From the NCBI GenBank assembly GCA_029932985.1, contig JAOZPA010000004.1, positions 1 to 40,890 of the forward strand: DNA of 40,890 bases. Direction: 5' to 3'. This document shows positions 20,917-29,804 of the stretch, piece by piece. A program made the translations under genes and the position numbers. The DNA comes from Campylobacterales bacterium. Its GTDB lineage: Bacteria > Campylobacterota > Campylobacteria > Campylobacterales > JAOZPA01. Under the pieces are notes generated by a model. That model was not told where the DNA came from and searched no databases. It was given only the letters and a program-made list of their open reading frames with translations. Every line of letters starts with the position of its first letter. Position 1 is the stretch's first letter.

Positions 20917-21716
20917 CACCAATCCAAAAATAGAAATAGAGATGATAAAAAATAGTTGGCTGTAAATATCGTGACCGCTGCCATTACTACCGCTTGAGTC
21001 GTTGCAATCCCCACTCCTCTAGCCCCGCCTTTGGTGAAATATCCTACATAAGTACCGATTGAGCTTATCAAAAATCCGAAAACAAAAGCTTTGATAATTC
21101 CCACTCCAATATCGCTAAAACTTAAAAATGTGGAGATGGTATTTTTGTAGGCATTTGGATTTATCCCCAAAACTTCCGTGGAGATGAAATATGCACTCAC
21201 ATTTCCCAATAGGTCAAAACAGATAACTAATATGGGTAGTGAAATAGTAGATGCGATGATTCGGGGGATTATCAAATATTTTCGTGAATCCACCGCCAAA
21301 GTATCGATTGCATCAATCTGCTCCGTAACCCTCATCGTGCCAAGTTCCGCCGCCATCGAACTAATCGCCCGACTTGTAAGCATCAAAGCCCCAAACACAG
21401 GACCTAACTCTTTTGAGATAGAGATAAAAACTGTATAGCCGATAAACTCCTCCGCCCCGAAATCCTTGAACCCTTGATAGAGTTGAAGCGACATCACCAG
21501 CCCCGTAAAAACCGCTGTGAGCATAATAACCATAAATGAATCCGCTCCAATTCTTTCAATCTGCTTAAAAGTTTCCTTGCCCCTAAGCGGAGTTGTAAAA
21601 TAGAGTGGAATCAATTTAAGATTAAATATCAAAAAATGCCCAAAGTCCCCCAGCCGATTTATCAAAGTGAGAATGGGTTTGCCAAAAAAAGAGAAAAAAT
21701 GGTCAATAGCTCTCAT
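20916..21716 (-). CDS. mlaE: MlaE-family ABC permease
   Basis: KELGPV, AAELGTMRVTEQIDA, GGARGVGIATT. Confidence 0.9.
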   Translation of the reverse strand: MRAIDHFFSFFGKPILTLINRLGDFGHFLIFNLKLIPLYFTTPLRGKETFKQIERIGADSFMVIMLTAVFTGLVMSLQLYQGFKDFGAEEFIGYTVFISISKELGPVFGALMLTSRAISSMAAELGTMRVTEQIDAIDTLAVDSRKYLIIPRIIASTISLPILVICFDLLGNVSAYFISTEVLGINPNAYKNTISTFLSFSDIGVGIIKAFVFGFLISSIGTYVGYFTKGGARGVGIATTQAVVMAAVTIFTANYFLSSLFLFLDW

Positions 21717-21743
21717 AAATTTCCTAAATAGTGTAAGTAGCGG

Positions 21744-21752
21744 ATTATATCA
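21744..21752 (-). promoter_or_regulatory. extended -10 promoter (TGATATAAT) of the mlaE-fliN-miaA run
   Basis: Perfect TGnTATAAT on the minus strand, 27 bp upstream of mlaE. Confidence 0.55.
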
Positions 21753-21783
21753 TCATCTCATTAAACTTTGCATAAAAAAAATA

Positions 21784-22689
21784 TTAAATTATCAAATCAC
21801 CCTTTTTTAATCTTTTACCTCGAATAAAATCGACTACATTCATCTTTTTTTTATTTGGGGGTTGCACCTCTATAATTTCGATTGAACCATCACTACAACC
21901 TACAATTATACTCTGTTTTTTTATCTCTAAAATTTGGTTTTTTGCCCCCTTTAAGGTAGCAAGTTTCATCTGTTTTATCTTTAATCCATTTGTGAGATTA
22001 ATCCCTGGCCAAAAATAGAAAGCTTTAAATTTTGCAAAGATTTTTTTTGCACTATCTAACTCCACCACCGCATCACTCTTTTTTATCTTTGCACAATGCG
22101 AAGATGAGGCATCGATTTGGGGGACTGAAAGCAGTGAATCATAATTTTTTAGAGTTTTAATAGTTAGTTCAGATGCAAGGAGTGAAAGTTTTTCAAACAG
22201 TTCATCCACTTTCATCTCTTTAATCTCCACATAAGAGTAACTCAAAATATCTCCCGTGTCCAACCCCTCATCCATCTTCATCGCTGTAACTCCTGTGAAT
22301 TTGTCCTGATTCAAAAGGCTCTCTTGGATAGGACTCGCACCTCTATATTTGGGCAAAATGGAAGCATGAAGATTTATACAAGTAGCAATATCTAATACCT
22401 CTTTTGGCAAAATTTTACCATAAGCCGCCACGATAATGAAATCGGCTTGATAGGCTCTGATTTGATTTTGAGTCGTCTCATCTCGTAGCGAATTTGGTTG
22501 CAAAATATCTATCTCTATCTTTTGGTCAAGCACAAATTTTTTGACATCTGGGGGGGTCAGCACCTGTTTTCGCCCCACTGGTTTATCGGGTTGAGTCACT
22601 AAACACACCAGCTCCATATTTTGCTCTTTGCGCAATGCCTTAAAAATTTCCGTAGCATAAGAGGGTGTCCCCATAAAAATAATCTTCAT
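21784..22689 (-). CDS. fmt: methionyl-tRNA formyltransferase
   Basis: IFMGTP, TQPDKPVGR, INLHASILPKYRGASPI, LDTGDI. Confidence 0.96.
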   Translation of the reverse strand: MKIIFMGTPSYATEIFKALRKEQNMELVCLVTQPDKPVGRKQVLTPPDVKKFVLDQKIEIDILQPNSLRDETTQNQIRAYQADFIIVAAYGKILPKEVLDIATCINLHASILPKYRGASPIQESLLNQDKFTGVTAMKMDEGLDTGDILSYSYVEIKEMKVDELFEKLSLLASELTIKTLKNYDSLLSVPQIDASSSHCAKIKKSDAVVELDSAKKIFAKFKAFYFWPGINLTNGLKIKQMKLATLKGAKNQILEIKKQSIIVGCSDGSIEIIEVQPPNKKKMNVVDFIRGKRLKKGDLII

Positions 22690-22705
22690 TTTATTCCTTT
22701 TTTTA

Positions 22706-23572
22706 TCAATTTGCGAAAGTGTTACATCTTTTCATCTCGCCTGTGTTAAATCCAATTTTGAACCATCTCATTCGTTGGGCAGATGTGCCATGGGTGAATG
22801 AATCGGGGACAACATAGCCTTGAGATTTTTTTTGGAGAGTGTCATCGCCTATCTGTGAAGCTGCATTTAGTGCCTCATCAATATCACCCTTTTCCAAAAT
22901 ATTTTTCATCTTATGAGCATGATAAGCCCAAACCCCTGCAAAACAATCCGCTTGAAGTTCCACTTTGACTTGAACTTTATTTGCCTGAGTTTTGGTGGCT
23001 GATTGTTTATATTTTTGAACTTTGGTGAGAATTCCTAGAAGATATTGGATATGATGAGCAACTTCGTGAGCAATTACATAAGCTTGAGCAAAATCCCCAG
23101 CGGCATTAAATCTACTTTCAAGTTCTCGAAAAAAAACTAAATCGATATAAACTTTTTGGTCAGCAGGGCAATAAAATGGTCCAGTTGCAGTAGATGCTTT
23201 GCCACAGGCGGAGGTAGTTCCCCCACTAAAAAGCACAAGTTTTGGTTTTTGGTATCGTTTATCCATCTGCTCTACAAAAATTTTGCTCCATACATCTTCC
23301 GTATCTTTTAAGACTACTGAAACAAATTGAGCCTGTTTTTTATTTTGAGCTGTGTGTTTGTAGGTGCTAGTGCTTGTAGTGGATTGAGTAGTTGAAACTT
23401 CATTTACTACTGCATTAAAAACTTGACCCAAATCTCCACCACTCATAAAGTAGGTGACGATTGCCACTAAAATAATTCCTATTCCACCTTTGATGGGTTT
23501 TCCACCACCGCCACTGCCATTTCCTCGTCTATCCTCGATATTATCACTTCCGCTTCGTCCTTCCCATCTCAT
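22706..23572 (-). CDS. ypfJ: neutral zinc metallopeptidase (YpfJ family)
   Basis: SDNIEDRR, GPFYCPADQKVYIDL, HEVAHH (HExxH), ELQADCFAG, DSFTHG. Confidence 0.9.
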   Translation of the reverse strand: MRWEGRSGSDNIEDRRGNGSGGGGKPIKGGIGIILVAIVTYFMSGGDLGQVFNAVVNEVSTTQSTTSTSTYKHTAQNKKQAQFVSVVLKDTEDVWSKIFVEQMDKRYQKPKLVLFSGGTTSACGKASTATGPFYCPADQKVYIDLVFFRELESRFNAAGDFAQAYVIAHEVAHHIQYLLGILTKVQKYKQSATKTQANKVQVKVELQADCFAGVWAYHAHKMKNILEKGDIDEALNAASQIGDDTLQKKSQGYVVPDSFTHGTSAQRMRWFKIGFNTGEMKRCNTFAN

Positions 23573-23592
23573 ATTTGACCTTTTTTTTTGGA

Positions 23593-23601
23593 ATTATAGC
23601 A
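23593..23601 (-). promoter_or_regulatory. extended -10 promoter (TGCTATAAT) of ypfJ-fmt
   Basis: Perfect TGnTATAAT on the minus strand, 20 bp upstream of the start. Confidence 0.55.
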
Positions 23602-23678
23602 AAAATTGGATTATTTTAAAATTTATCTTATTTGATTATAAGCTATTTTTCAATAGAATTCTTTAAAAAGGAGATTTT

Positions 23679-24590
23679 ATGAAATTATCTGAAATTGTGA
23701 AAAGTTTAAAGATAGATTTTGAGGGTGAAGATGTTGAGATAGACTCTATGAATACAATTTTTGAGGCTGGTGAGGGGGAGCTTAGTTTTGTGGAGAGTGA
23801 AAAGTTTAAAGATTTACTTTTAAATACAAAAGCTTCTGCGGTTCTAGTTTCAGAGGATTTAGCCCGATTTGTGCCAAAAAATTCTATCGCGTTAGTGTGC
23901 CGTAATCCTCGACTAGCGATGGCAAAGGCAACTAAATTTTTTCAGCAGAAAGGTTTTTCATCGATTGCTAGTAGTGCATATTTGGGGCGAAATTTGCAGA
24001 TTGGCAGAAATTTAACAGTTTATCCAAATGTCTATATTGGAGATAATGTGGTGATTGGTGAAAATGTGACAATTTATCCAAATGTGACGATTTATGATAA
24101 TACGGTGATTGGTAAAAATTGTACGATTCATGCGGGAAGTGTGATTGGGAGTGATGGTTTTGGATATGTGCCAAGCGGTGAGGGGCATATAAAAATTTAT
24201 CATTTAGGAAATGTGGTGATAGAGGAGGATGTGGAGATTGGGGCAAATTGTGCAATCGACCGAGGGGTTTTTGGCTCGACACTCATCAAGCGAGGGACGA
24301 AAATTGATAATCTCGTGCATATCGCTCATAATTGTGAAATTGGTGAAGATTGTTTTATTGCAGGGCAAGTGGGGTTAGCAGGTTCTACTATCATCGGGCG
24401 AGGGGTTGCCATGGGTGGGCAGAGTGCGAGTGCTGGGCATTTAGAAATTGGGGATTTTGCACAAATTGCAGGAAAATGTGGAGTTATAAGCTCACTCAAA
24501 GGTAAAAAAACTTATAGTGGTTTTCCTGCTTTAATCCACCGAGATTGGCTAAAACTGCAGGTAAAATTAAGAAAATTTTTGAAAGGATGA
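23679..24590 (+). CDS. lpxD: UDP-3-O-acylglucosamine N-acyltransferase
   Basis: Hexapeptide repeats, IGSDGFGY, IDRG, KIDNLVHIAHN. Confidence 0.95.
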   Translation: MKLSEIVKSLKIDFEGEDVEIDSMNTIFEAGEGELSFVESEKFKDLLLNTKASAVLVSEDLARFVPKNSIALVCRNPRLAMAKATKFFQQKGFSSIASSAYLGRNLQIGRNLTVYPNVYIGDNVVIGENVTIYPNVTIYDNTVIGKNCTIHAGSVIGSDGFGYVPSGEGHIKIYHLGNVVIEEDVEIGANCAIDRGVFGSTLIKRGTKIDNLVHIAHNCEIGEDCFIAGQVGLAGSTIIGRGVAMGGQSASAGHLEIGDFAQIAGKCGVISSLKGKKTYSGFPALIHRDWLKLQVKLRKFLKG

Positions 24591-24592
24591 GT

Positions 24593-24832
24593 ATGAAAAA
24601 TACAACATCAACACTAATCAGTACCTTTGATTTAAGCGACACTAAAAAGGGTAAAATTTCAGTTTCCCACCTAGCTGAGCCTTATGGTAAAGATTCACAA
24701 CCAGTAGTAAGTATTGGAATCTCTTTGAAGGGAAATGTTGAAGACCCTGATTGGAAAGCTCATATTCCTTATGATAATTTAGATGAACTAATTTCAGCTT
24801 TGCAAGAGGCGAAAAAACAATTTACCTCTTAA
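24593..24832 (+). CDS. small hypothetical protein
   Basis: ATG at 24587 or 24593, coupled to the lpxD stop with an AAAGGA RBS; beta-rich with a C-terminal helix. Confidence 0.7.
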   Translation: MKNTTSTLISTFDLSDTKKGKISVSHLAEPYGKDSQPVVSIGISLKGNVEDPDWKAHIPYDNLDELISALQEAKKQFTS

Positions 24833-24842
24833 TCGGGGATTG

Positions 24843-24878
24843 ATGGGGCGATAGGTTTTATAACTTAAAAGCCCCCAT
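24843..24878. terminator. hairpin between convergent genes
   Basis: ATGGGGC...GCCCCCAT inverted repeat. Confidence 0.45.
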
Positions 24879-24888
24879 ATTTCAAATA

Positions 24889-25200
24889 TTATGCTTTTTT
24901 ATTTAAACTACTCAAAAACTCCTCAATTTTATAAATATCTCGATATTCTTGAGTCATTAAATGAATTAAAGTATCACCAAAATCTATCACATTCCACTTA
25001 TGACCCTCTTCGACATGTTGGATTTTATAGCTTTTTAACCCTTTTTTGACATAATCAATTAGTGCTAAACCGTGCTTCTCCCCCAAAGTTGTAGCCACCA
25101 AAACTCTATCCACAAAATACTCACTATTCATCTCTATCACTTCAATATCGTAAGCTTTCTTTTCGGTTAATAAAACCGATACATCTTTAATCAATTGCAT
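24889..25200 (-). CDS. rsfS: ribosome silencing factor RsfS (Iojap)
   Basis: EKKAYDIEVI, WNVIDFGDTLIHLM, YRDIYKIEE. Confidence 0.92.
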   Translation of the reverse strand: MQLIKDVSVLLTEKKAYDIEVIEMNSEYFVDRVLVATTLGEKHGLALIDYVKKGLKSYKIQHVEEGHKWNVIDFGDTLIHLMTQEYRDIYKIEEFLSSLNKKA

Positions 25201-25214
25201 TCTTTTCCTTGTTT

Positions 25215-25748
25215 TTATTTTCTAAATCTTCTAAATACCACATCAAAATCTATTTTTGCTTTGCATATTGTATTTTCAAACTCATAAGTCTCTTTTGAGA
25301 AATCACCCTCTTTTGAATATTTTCCATCTACTAATTTAAAAATTTTTGCTTTACAATCATTTGGATAAGCCAAAATATAGTAGGGTACTTTCTCTTGCTC
25401 ATAGATTTCAAACTTAAATTTTTCATCTCGTCTTGCTGTTGATTTTGAAATCACCTCTATCACAATCTCTGGTGATTTTGTGAGATAGTTTTCATTTGTC
25501 TCATCACAAATCAAAACAACATCAGGTTTTAAAACTGTTGATTCTGTAATTTTCCAATCAATTTTTCCAATTACTATACAATTAGAGTAAGTATCAATTA
25601 TACTCATTAATTCTGATGCAAATATACCAGCTATCGCTTGATGATTTATAGTATGTGAAGGTATTGCTAAAGCCTCACCATCTATCAACTCCCAATCCCC
25701 CTCCCACTGCATATAATCATCATAAGTATAATACTCTATTGCACACAT
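25215..25748 (-). CDS. Uma2-family putative endonuclease
   Basis: YTYDDY..WEGDWELIDG, HQ, KPDV, PEIVIEVIS.ST...D...KF.IY. Confidence 0.88.
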   Translation of the reverse strand: MCAIEYYTYDDYMQWEGDWELIDGEALAIPSHTINHQAIAGIFASELMSIIDTYSNCIVIGKIDWKITESTVLKPDVVLICDETNENYLTKSPEIVIEVISKSTARRDEKFKFEIYEQEKVPYYILAYPNDCKAKIFKLVDGKYSKEGDFSKETYEFENTICKAKIDFDVVFRRFRK

Positions 25749-25803
25749 CTTCTAAACCTTTTTTCCATTATATCAAAGTTTTTTCATTTTTACAAATCTT
25801 ATT

Positions 25804-26967
25804 TCAAATCGTTTTTACTTTTTTGCTCATCATTAAAACTAATCCTACTGCGATGGCATTTGATAGCAAAGAACTTCCGCCATAGCTCAAAAACGGCACG
25901 GCGATTCCCTTGATAGGGGTGATTTGCACAATACCAAACCCATTTATTATAAATGAGATGCCCAAGATTAATCCGATGCCAACACCAAAGAGATAATTTA
26001 TCCTATCTTCACTTCGACTAGCAATTCTGAAAATTCGGTAGAGGATAAAAAAATAGATGACTACCACGATAAATAAACCGATAAAACCTAACTCCTCAGC
26101 AATTCCTGTGAGTACAAAATCGGTGTGAACATCGCTTAGGAATCCTAATTTGAAAGTCCCCTCACCGACACCTTGACCAAAGAATCCTCCATAGTTTATC
26201 GCATTTAGGGAGTTTGTGACTTGAAATGAATCGGGTAAGTGTTTGATTTTTAGGCTAGATGAGATGGACTCAGGAAAAATTGCTAAAAATATATCTTGTA
26301 CACTTGACCACCACATCACCACTCTTAGAATTCTGTGGTCTGAGGTGAAGATGAAAACCAGTACCACAAATAGTACAATTAATATGGAGTAGGTGAAAAA
26401 TCGCAAACTCATTCCTGCTAAAAGTGCCATAGTTAGAAGTGTAACTCCAAGGACGATGACTTGCCCAATGTCGTTTTGGAAAATTGCGATGAGATACACC
26501 ACAACCCCAAAAGCAATGATATATCGGGTGAAACTTCTAAACTCCTCTTTGATTGGTTTTTCGCTACTATCAAGCCGTCTCTCAAAACTCCAAGCCAAAA
26601 AAAATACAAATCCCACTTTAAAAAACTCTACGGGGGCGATGGAGAAGTGGCTAAACTGAATCCATCTTTTTGCCCCACCAACTGCATAAACTAAACTCTC
26701 AGGCAAAAATTTCATAATAATCATTGCAAACAATGAGACGATAAATAGAGATGCCCCTATGATTTTGAGCCATTTTTTGCTATCAAGATAGGAGAGTGAA
26801 AACATCAAGAGGATTGCCACAAATCCCACAATCGCTTGTTTGATAAAAAAACTAAATTCATAAATTGAATAATACCGCACAACATAAGTAGTAAGTGAGA
26901 ATGAGAATAATATACTAATCCCAATCAAAGTTGAGGTTAAAATAAATAAAGTTTTGTCAGTTTTCAT
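25804..26967 (-). CDS. ftsW: cell division SEDS protein FtsW
   Basis: GGAKRWI, APVEFFK, QNDIGQ, VHTDFVL, PIKGIAVPFLSYGGSS; second SEDS paralog. Confidence 0.9.
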   Translation of the reverse strand: MKTDKTLFILTSTLIGISILFSFSLTTYVVRYYSIYEFSFFIKQAIVGFVAILLMFSLSYLDSKKWLKIIGASLFIVSLFAMIIMKFLPESLVYAVGGAKRWIQFSHFSIAPVEFFKVGFVFFLAWSFERRLDSSEKPIKEEFRSFTRYIIAFGVVVYLIAIFQNDIGQVIVLGVTLLTMALLAGMSLRFFTYSILIVLFVVLVFIFTSDHRILRVVMWWSSVQDIFLAIFPESISSSLKIKHLPDSFQVTNSLNAINYGGFFGQGVGEGTFKLGFLSDVHTDFVLTGIAEELGFIGLFIVVVIYFFILYRIFRIASRSEDRINYLFGVGIGLILGISFIINGFGIVQITPIKGIAVPFLSYGGSSLLSNAIAVGLVLMMSKKVKTI

Positions 26968-26982
26968 AAGATTCCTATTTCC

Positions 26983-27474
26983 TTAAACTATTTTAGCATT
27001 TTTGTCTATCCACTTAATTATCTCAGATGGATTATTTAAATCCAAAATATCTATATGTTTAGGGATATTGTATTTTTCTAAATCGATACTATCATCAATG
27101 GCAATTGCCCCAGAATAATCAAAATAGCTCTCATCAATATTATCTCTAAAAATAGCGATTCGGGGAAGTGGATAAGTTTTTAATCCCTCAACTAGCAACA
27201 AATCAAAATCATCAAAAAAATCTATAATTTTCTGTAAAGGTTTCTCTTGCTTGACAAAAAGAGTAGTTTTCTTTGGTGAGATAACTGCCACATCCGCCCC
27301 CGTAGCTGAAAATTTATAACTATCTTTTCCCTCTGTATCAAATCTAGCCTTATCTTTTGGGTCATTTTTGATTATTGCAATTTTTCTCTCTTTTATCAAA
27401 ATATCTGCAATTTTCACTATTATTGAAGTTTTTCCACTATTTGATGGACCTGTAAATGCAACCGCTTTTCTCAA
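26983..27474 (-). CDS. mobB: molybdopterin-guanine dinucleotide biosynthesis protein B
   Basis: FTGPSNSGKT, FDTEGKDS, LVEGLK. Confidence 0.92.
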   Translation of the reverse strand: MRKAVAFTGPSNSGKTSIIVKIADILIKERKIAIIKNDPKDKARFDTEGKDSYKFSATGADVAVISPKKTTLFVKQEKPLQKIIDFFDDFDLLLVEGLKTYPLPRIAIFRDNIDESYFDYSGAIAIDDSIDLEKYNIPKHIDILDLNNPSEIIKWIDKNAKIV

Positions 27475-27600
27475 AAAACATCCTTTAATTTTATCTTTTG
27501 GAATAATAGCTAAAAATAATTGATTATTCGATTAATTTCTATAAAAAGGAAAATTCGGTGAGGAGACTAGAGAATAGGGAGGCAAGTAAGAAAGTAGATT

Positions 27601-27626
27601 AAGCGAGGCATAAGCCCCGTTTTTTT
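27601..27626 (-). terminator. probable intrinsic terminator
   Basis: GC-rich stem CGGGGC-ttat-GCCTCG just downstream of the 27641 ORF, flanked by A/T tracts. Confidence 0.45.
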
Positions 27627-27640
27627 AATTAAATATTTGT

Positions 27641-27985
27641 CTAATATGGATTTTCATAAAAGATATATTGACCGCCTGTGTAGTTACTAAATTCAAAATA
27701 TACTTTTTTCTCATCTGTATCTACTTTGAAGTTTAAATTTTTGTCTATAAAGCCATAACCATATCTATATGGTCTAACTGAGTTATCATCTGTTCCCATT
27801 GCGGTTGAAAGTTTGCCGATTTTGATAAATCTCATCACCATTTTTTCTCCAGCATATATCTCTAAGACTCCATTTGTACCTGTCCAGTTTTGGACACCTC
27901 TGCTTAACTTGTTTTGTATCTCTTGGCAACCTGTCGAAAATAGCAAAAAAAATGCCACCACTGTTAAACTTAAACTTTTCCTCAT
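27641..27985 (-). CDS. hypothetical lipoprotein
   Basis: Lipobox FSTGC after a hydrophobic leader; AAGGA RBS. Confidence 0.75.
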   Translation of the reverse strand: MRKSLSLTVVAFFLLFSTGCQEIQNKLSRGVQNWTGTNGVLEIYAGEKMVMRFIKIGKLSTAMGTDDNSVRPYRYGYGFIDKNLNFKVDTDEKKVYFEFSNYTGGQYIFYENPY

Positions 27986-28031
27986 ATTGTTCCTTATATT
28001 TTTGTTTGGGGTTATTGACTTTGTAAAAATC

Positions 28032-28568
28032 TTAAATACCCTTCGTTTCTAAATCTTTGACAATTTTATCAATCACATTTGGTACAAGTCTTTCTGAAAA
28101 ACCTGTAATAAATCCAATCATTATCGCTTTTATACCATCAATTCTAGCCTCTGGCTTTACATTTATAAAAATATCTGCTACATTTGTATAGGGTAAATCT
28201 AAACCCTGAAATTTTGGAAAAATCTCTCCACTAATAACTCCTGAAATACAGATACCATAAAATATAATTGCCAAAAAACCAGAAACAAAAGGTGTGATAT
28301 AGAGTTGTAAAATTGCCATAAAATTAAGATGGGGAGTAAGTTGATTCTCCTCAGATAGAGGTATATTTTTAATTCTTAAATAGGAGTTCAAAAGTCCCCC
28401 AGTTGCTCCAGCTAAAAATATCAACATCATCAAAGGCACACTCTCATTCTCTTTGGTTTTCATACTAAATATAACCAATAGATAGATTACAGATATTGCC
28501 ATAGTGATAATAGCATGAAATCTCAAACTTTTCAAGATTGGATAAACTTCTAAATTACAAACTTTCAT
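28032..28568 (-). CDS. hypothetical 4-TM membrane protein
   Basis: Four hydrophobic segments; GATGGLL and GFITGFSERLV motifs. Confidence 0.75.
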   Translation of the reverse strand: MKVCNLEVYPILKSLRFHAIITMAISVIYLLVIFSMKTKENESVPLMMLIFLAGATGGLLNSYLRIKNIPLSEENQLTPHLNFMAILQLYITPFVSGFLAIIFYGICISGVISGEIFPKFQGLDLPYTNVADIFINVKPEARIDGIKAIMIGFITGFSERLVPNVIDKIVKDLETKGI

Positions 28569-28569
28569 A

Positions 28570-29010
28570 TCATCTTAACCTTTTGATTTTTTTTCTACCA
28601 ATTTTATATAGCTTGGAAGAGCCTTTTTCTTGTAGTCCACGGGAATCTTCCACTATGATTTCACAAACTTTTTTTGCAAATTTCTCATCATAGTTCAGTG
28701 AACTTAAATTGGCAGAACTAGAAAAACTCCATCCGATTTTTTTTAGAAACCTCAAATGAAACTCATCTTTTACAACTCTAATCGCACAATTATTTGGATA
28801 GATAAATGTCGATTTAGATTCTTTCCTAACTTTTTTTTTGAATTTGTTAGGTACTCTTGCAAATTTTTGCAATCTTTTCAAACTATCAATTGTAACTAAA
28901 AACTTTTTTCCTAAACTCCTTTGTTTTATTTTGGCAATTTTTTTATTATCTTGGGATAAAAAACCAACAGTTGTATCACTTTGAGCTAAAAAAAGAGTTT
29001 TTTTGTTCAT
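28570..29010 (-). CDS. Sua5/YciO/YrdC family protein (short Campylobacterota TsaC-like form)
   Basis: LAQSDTTVGF, KIKQR, AIRVV, SSSANLS. Confidence 0.82.
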   Translation of the reverse strand: MNKKTLFLAQSDTTVGFLSQDNKKIAKIKQRSLGKKFLVTIDSLKRLQKFARVPNKFKKKVRKESKSTFIYPNNCAIRVVKDEFHLRFLKKIGWSFSSSANLSSLNYDEKFAKKVCEIIVEDSRGLQEKGSSKLYKIGRKKIKRLR

Positions 29011-29660
29011 TAGTCATTAGAGTTTATTTCAGCAACTCCTGTCACATTTTTTTTGACACTTTTTGGATTTCCTATATAATTTATCTCAGAACTTTCATAA
29101 GCAGTTGCATCTAATTTATCACTCACAAAAAGTTTGAGTTCACTAGCCCCTTTTACCATAACTACTGCATTTTTGACCTTTAGTGAACCTAAATCCACCT
29201 CAACAGAGCCATCAATTTTGACATTTAAATTTGAAACTTTTCCACTTCCGCTTAAAGTCCCCGAGCCATTTAAATTAATTTTGAGATTTTTTTCACTCAA
29301 GCCACTAACCTTTATTTCACTAGCTCCATCTGACTTAATCGCTTTTAAACTAGGTGTGCTAATTGTGATTTTTATCTCACTTTGTGTTGAAAAACTTTTG
29401 CTACTATCTATTATTAATTCACCATCAACTACATTAAAATTGATAACTTCAACAATATTTTTATCAGCCTTTATTTTGCACTTTAAATTTTCACCAACTT
29501 TTATCTTTAAATCAGCGATAGTTTTTAGATTTAATTGTGAAAAATTTGTGATTTGACAATTTTGAGATATAATTGTACCTGAATCTTCAATCATTGAGCC
29601 ACTAGCCATTGCCAAACTGGAGACAATAGAGGATAGTAAAATTTTTTTGAATAATTTCAT
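29010..29660 (-). CDS. head GIN domain (DUF2807) beta-helix protein
   Basis: Signal peptide; repeated l.i...GSg.i units; INYIGNPK near the C-terminus. Confidence 0.8.
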   Translation of the reverse strand: MKLFKKILLSSIVSSLAMASGSMIEDSGTIISQNCQITNFSQLNLKTIADLKIKVGENLKCKIKADKNIVEVINFNVVDGELIIDSSKSFSTQSEIKITISTPSLKAIKSDGASEIKVSGLSEKNLKINLNGSGTLSGSGKVSNLNVKIDGSVEVDLGSLKVKNAVVMVKGASELKLFVSDKLDATAYESSEINYIGNPKSVKKNVTGVAEINSND

Positions 29661-29735
29661 AAGAATCCTTTCATTAGATTTTATTTAAAAAATTATTTTA
29701 GCTAAATTATGATTAGAAAAGTTTGAATTAGGTGC

Positions 29736-29764
29736 TAATTCCCCCATAGAGATGAGGGAATTAA
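29736..29764 (-). terminator. probable terminator hairpin downstream of the kinase gene
   Basis: TAATTCCC...GGGAATTA inverted repeat. Confidence 0.4.
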
Positions 29765-29804
29765 GCTTGAAGAGTTTGATGGTGGAGGTTTTATAAAATA
29801 AAGC

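Noticed and set aside
23960-24160. Short internal DNA repeats in lpxD
   Set aside because: Explained by the hexapeptide left-handed beta-helix repeats of LpxD.
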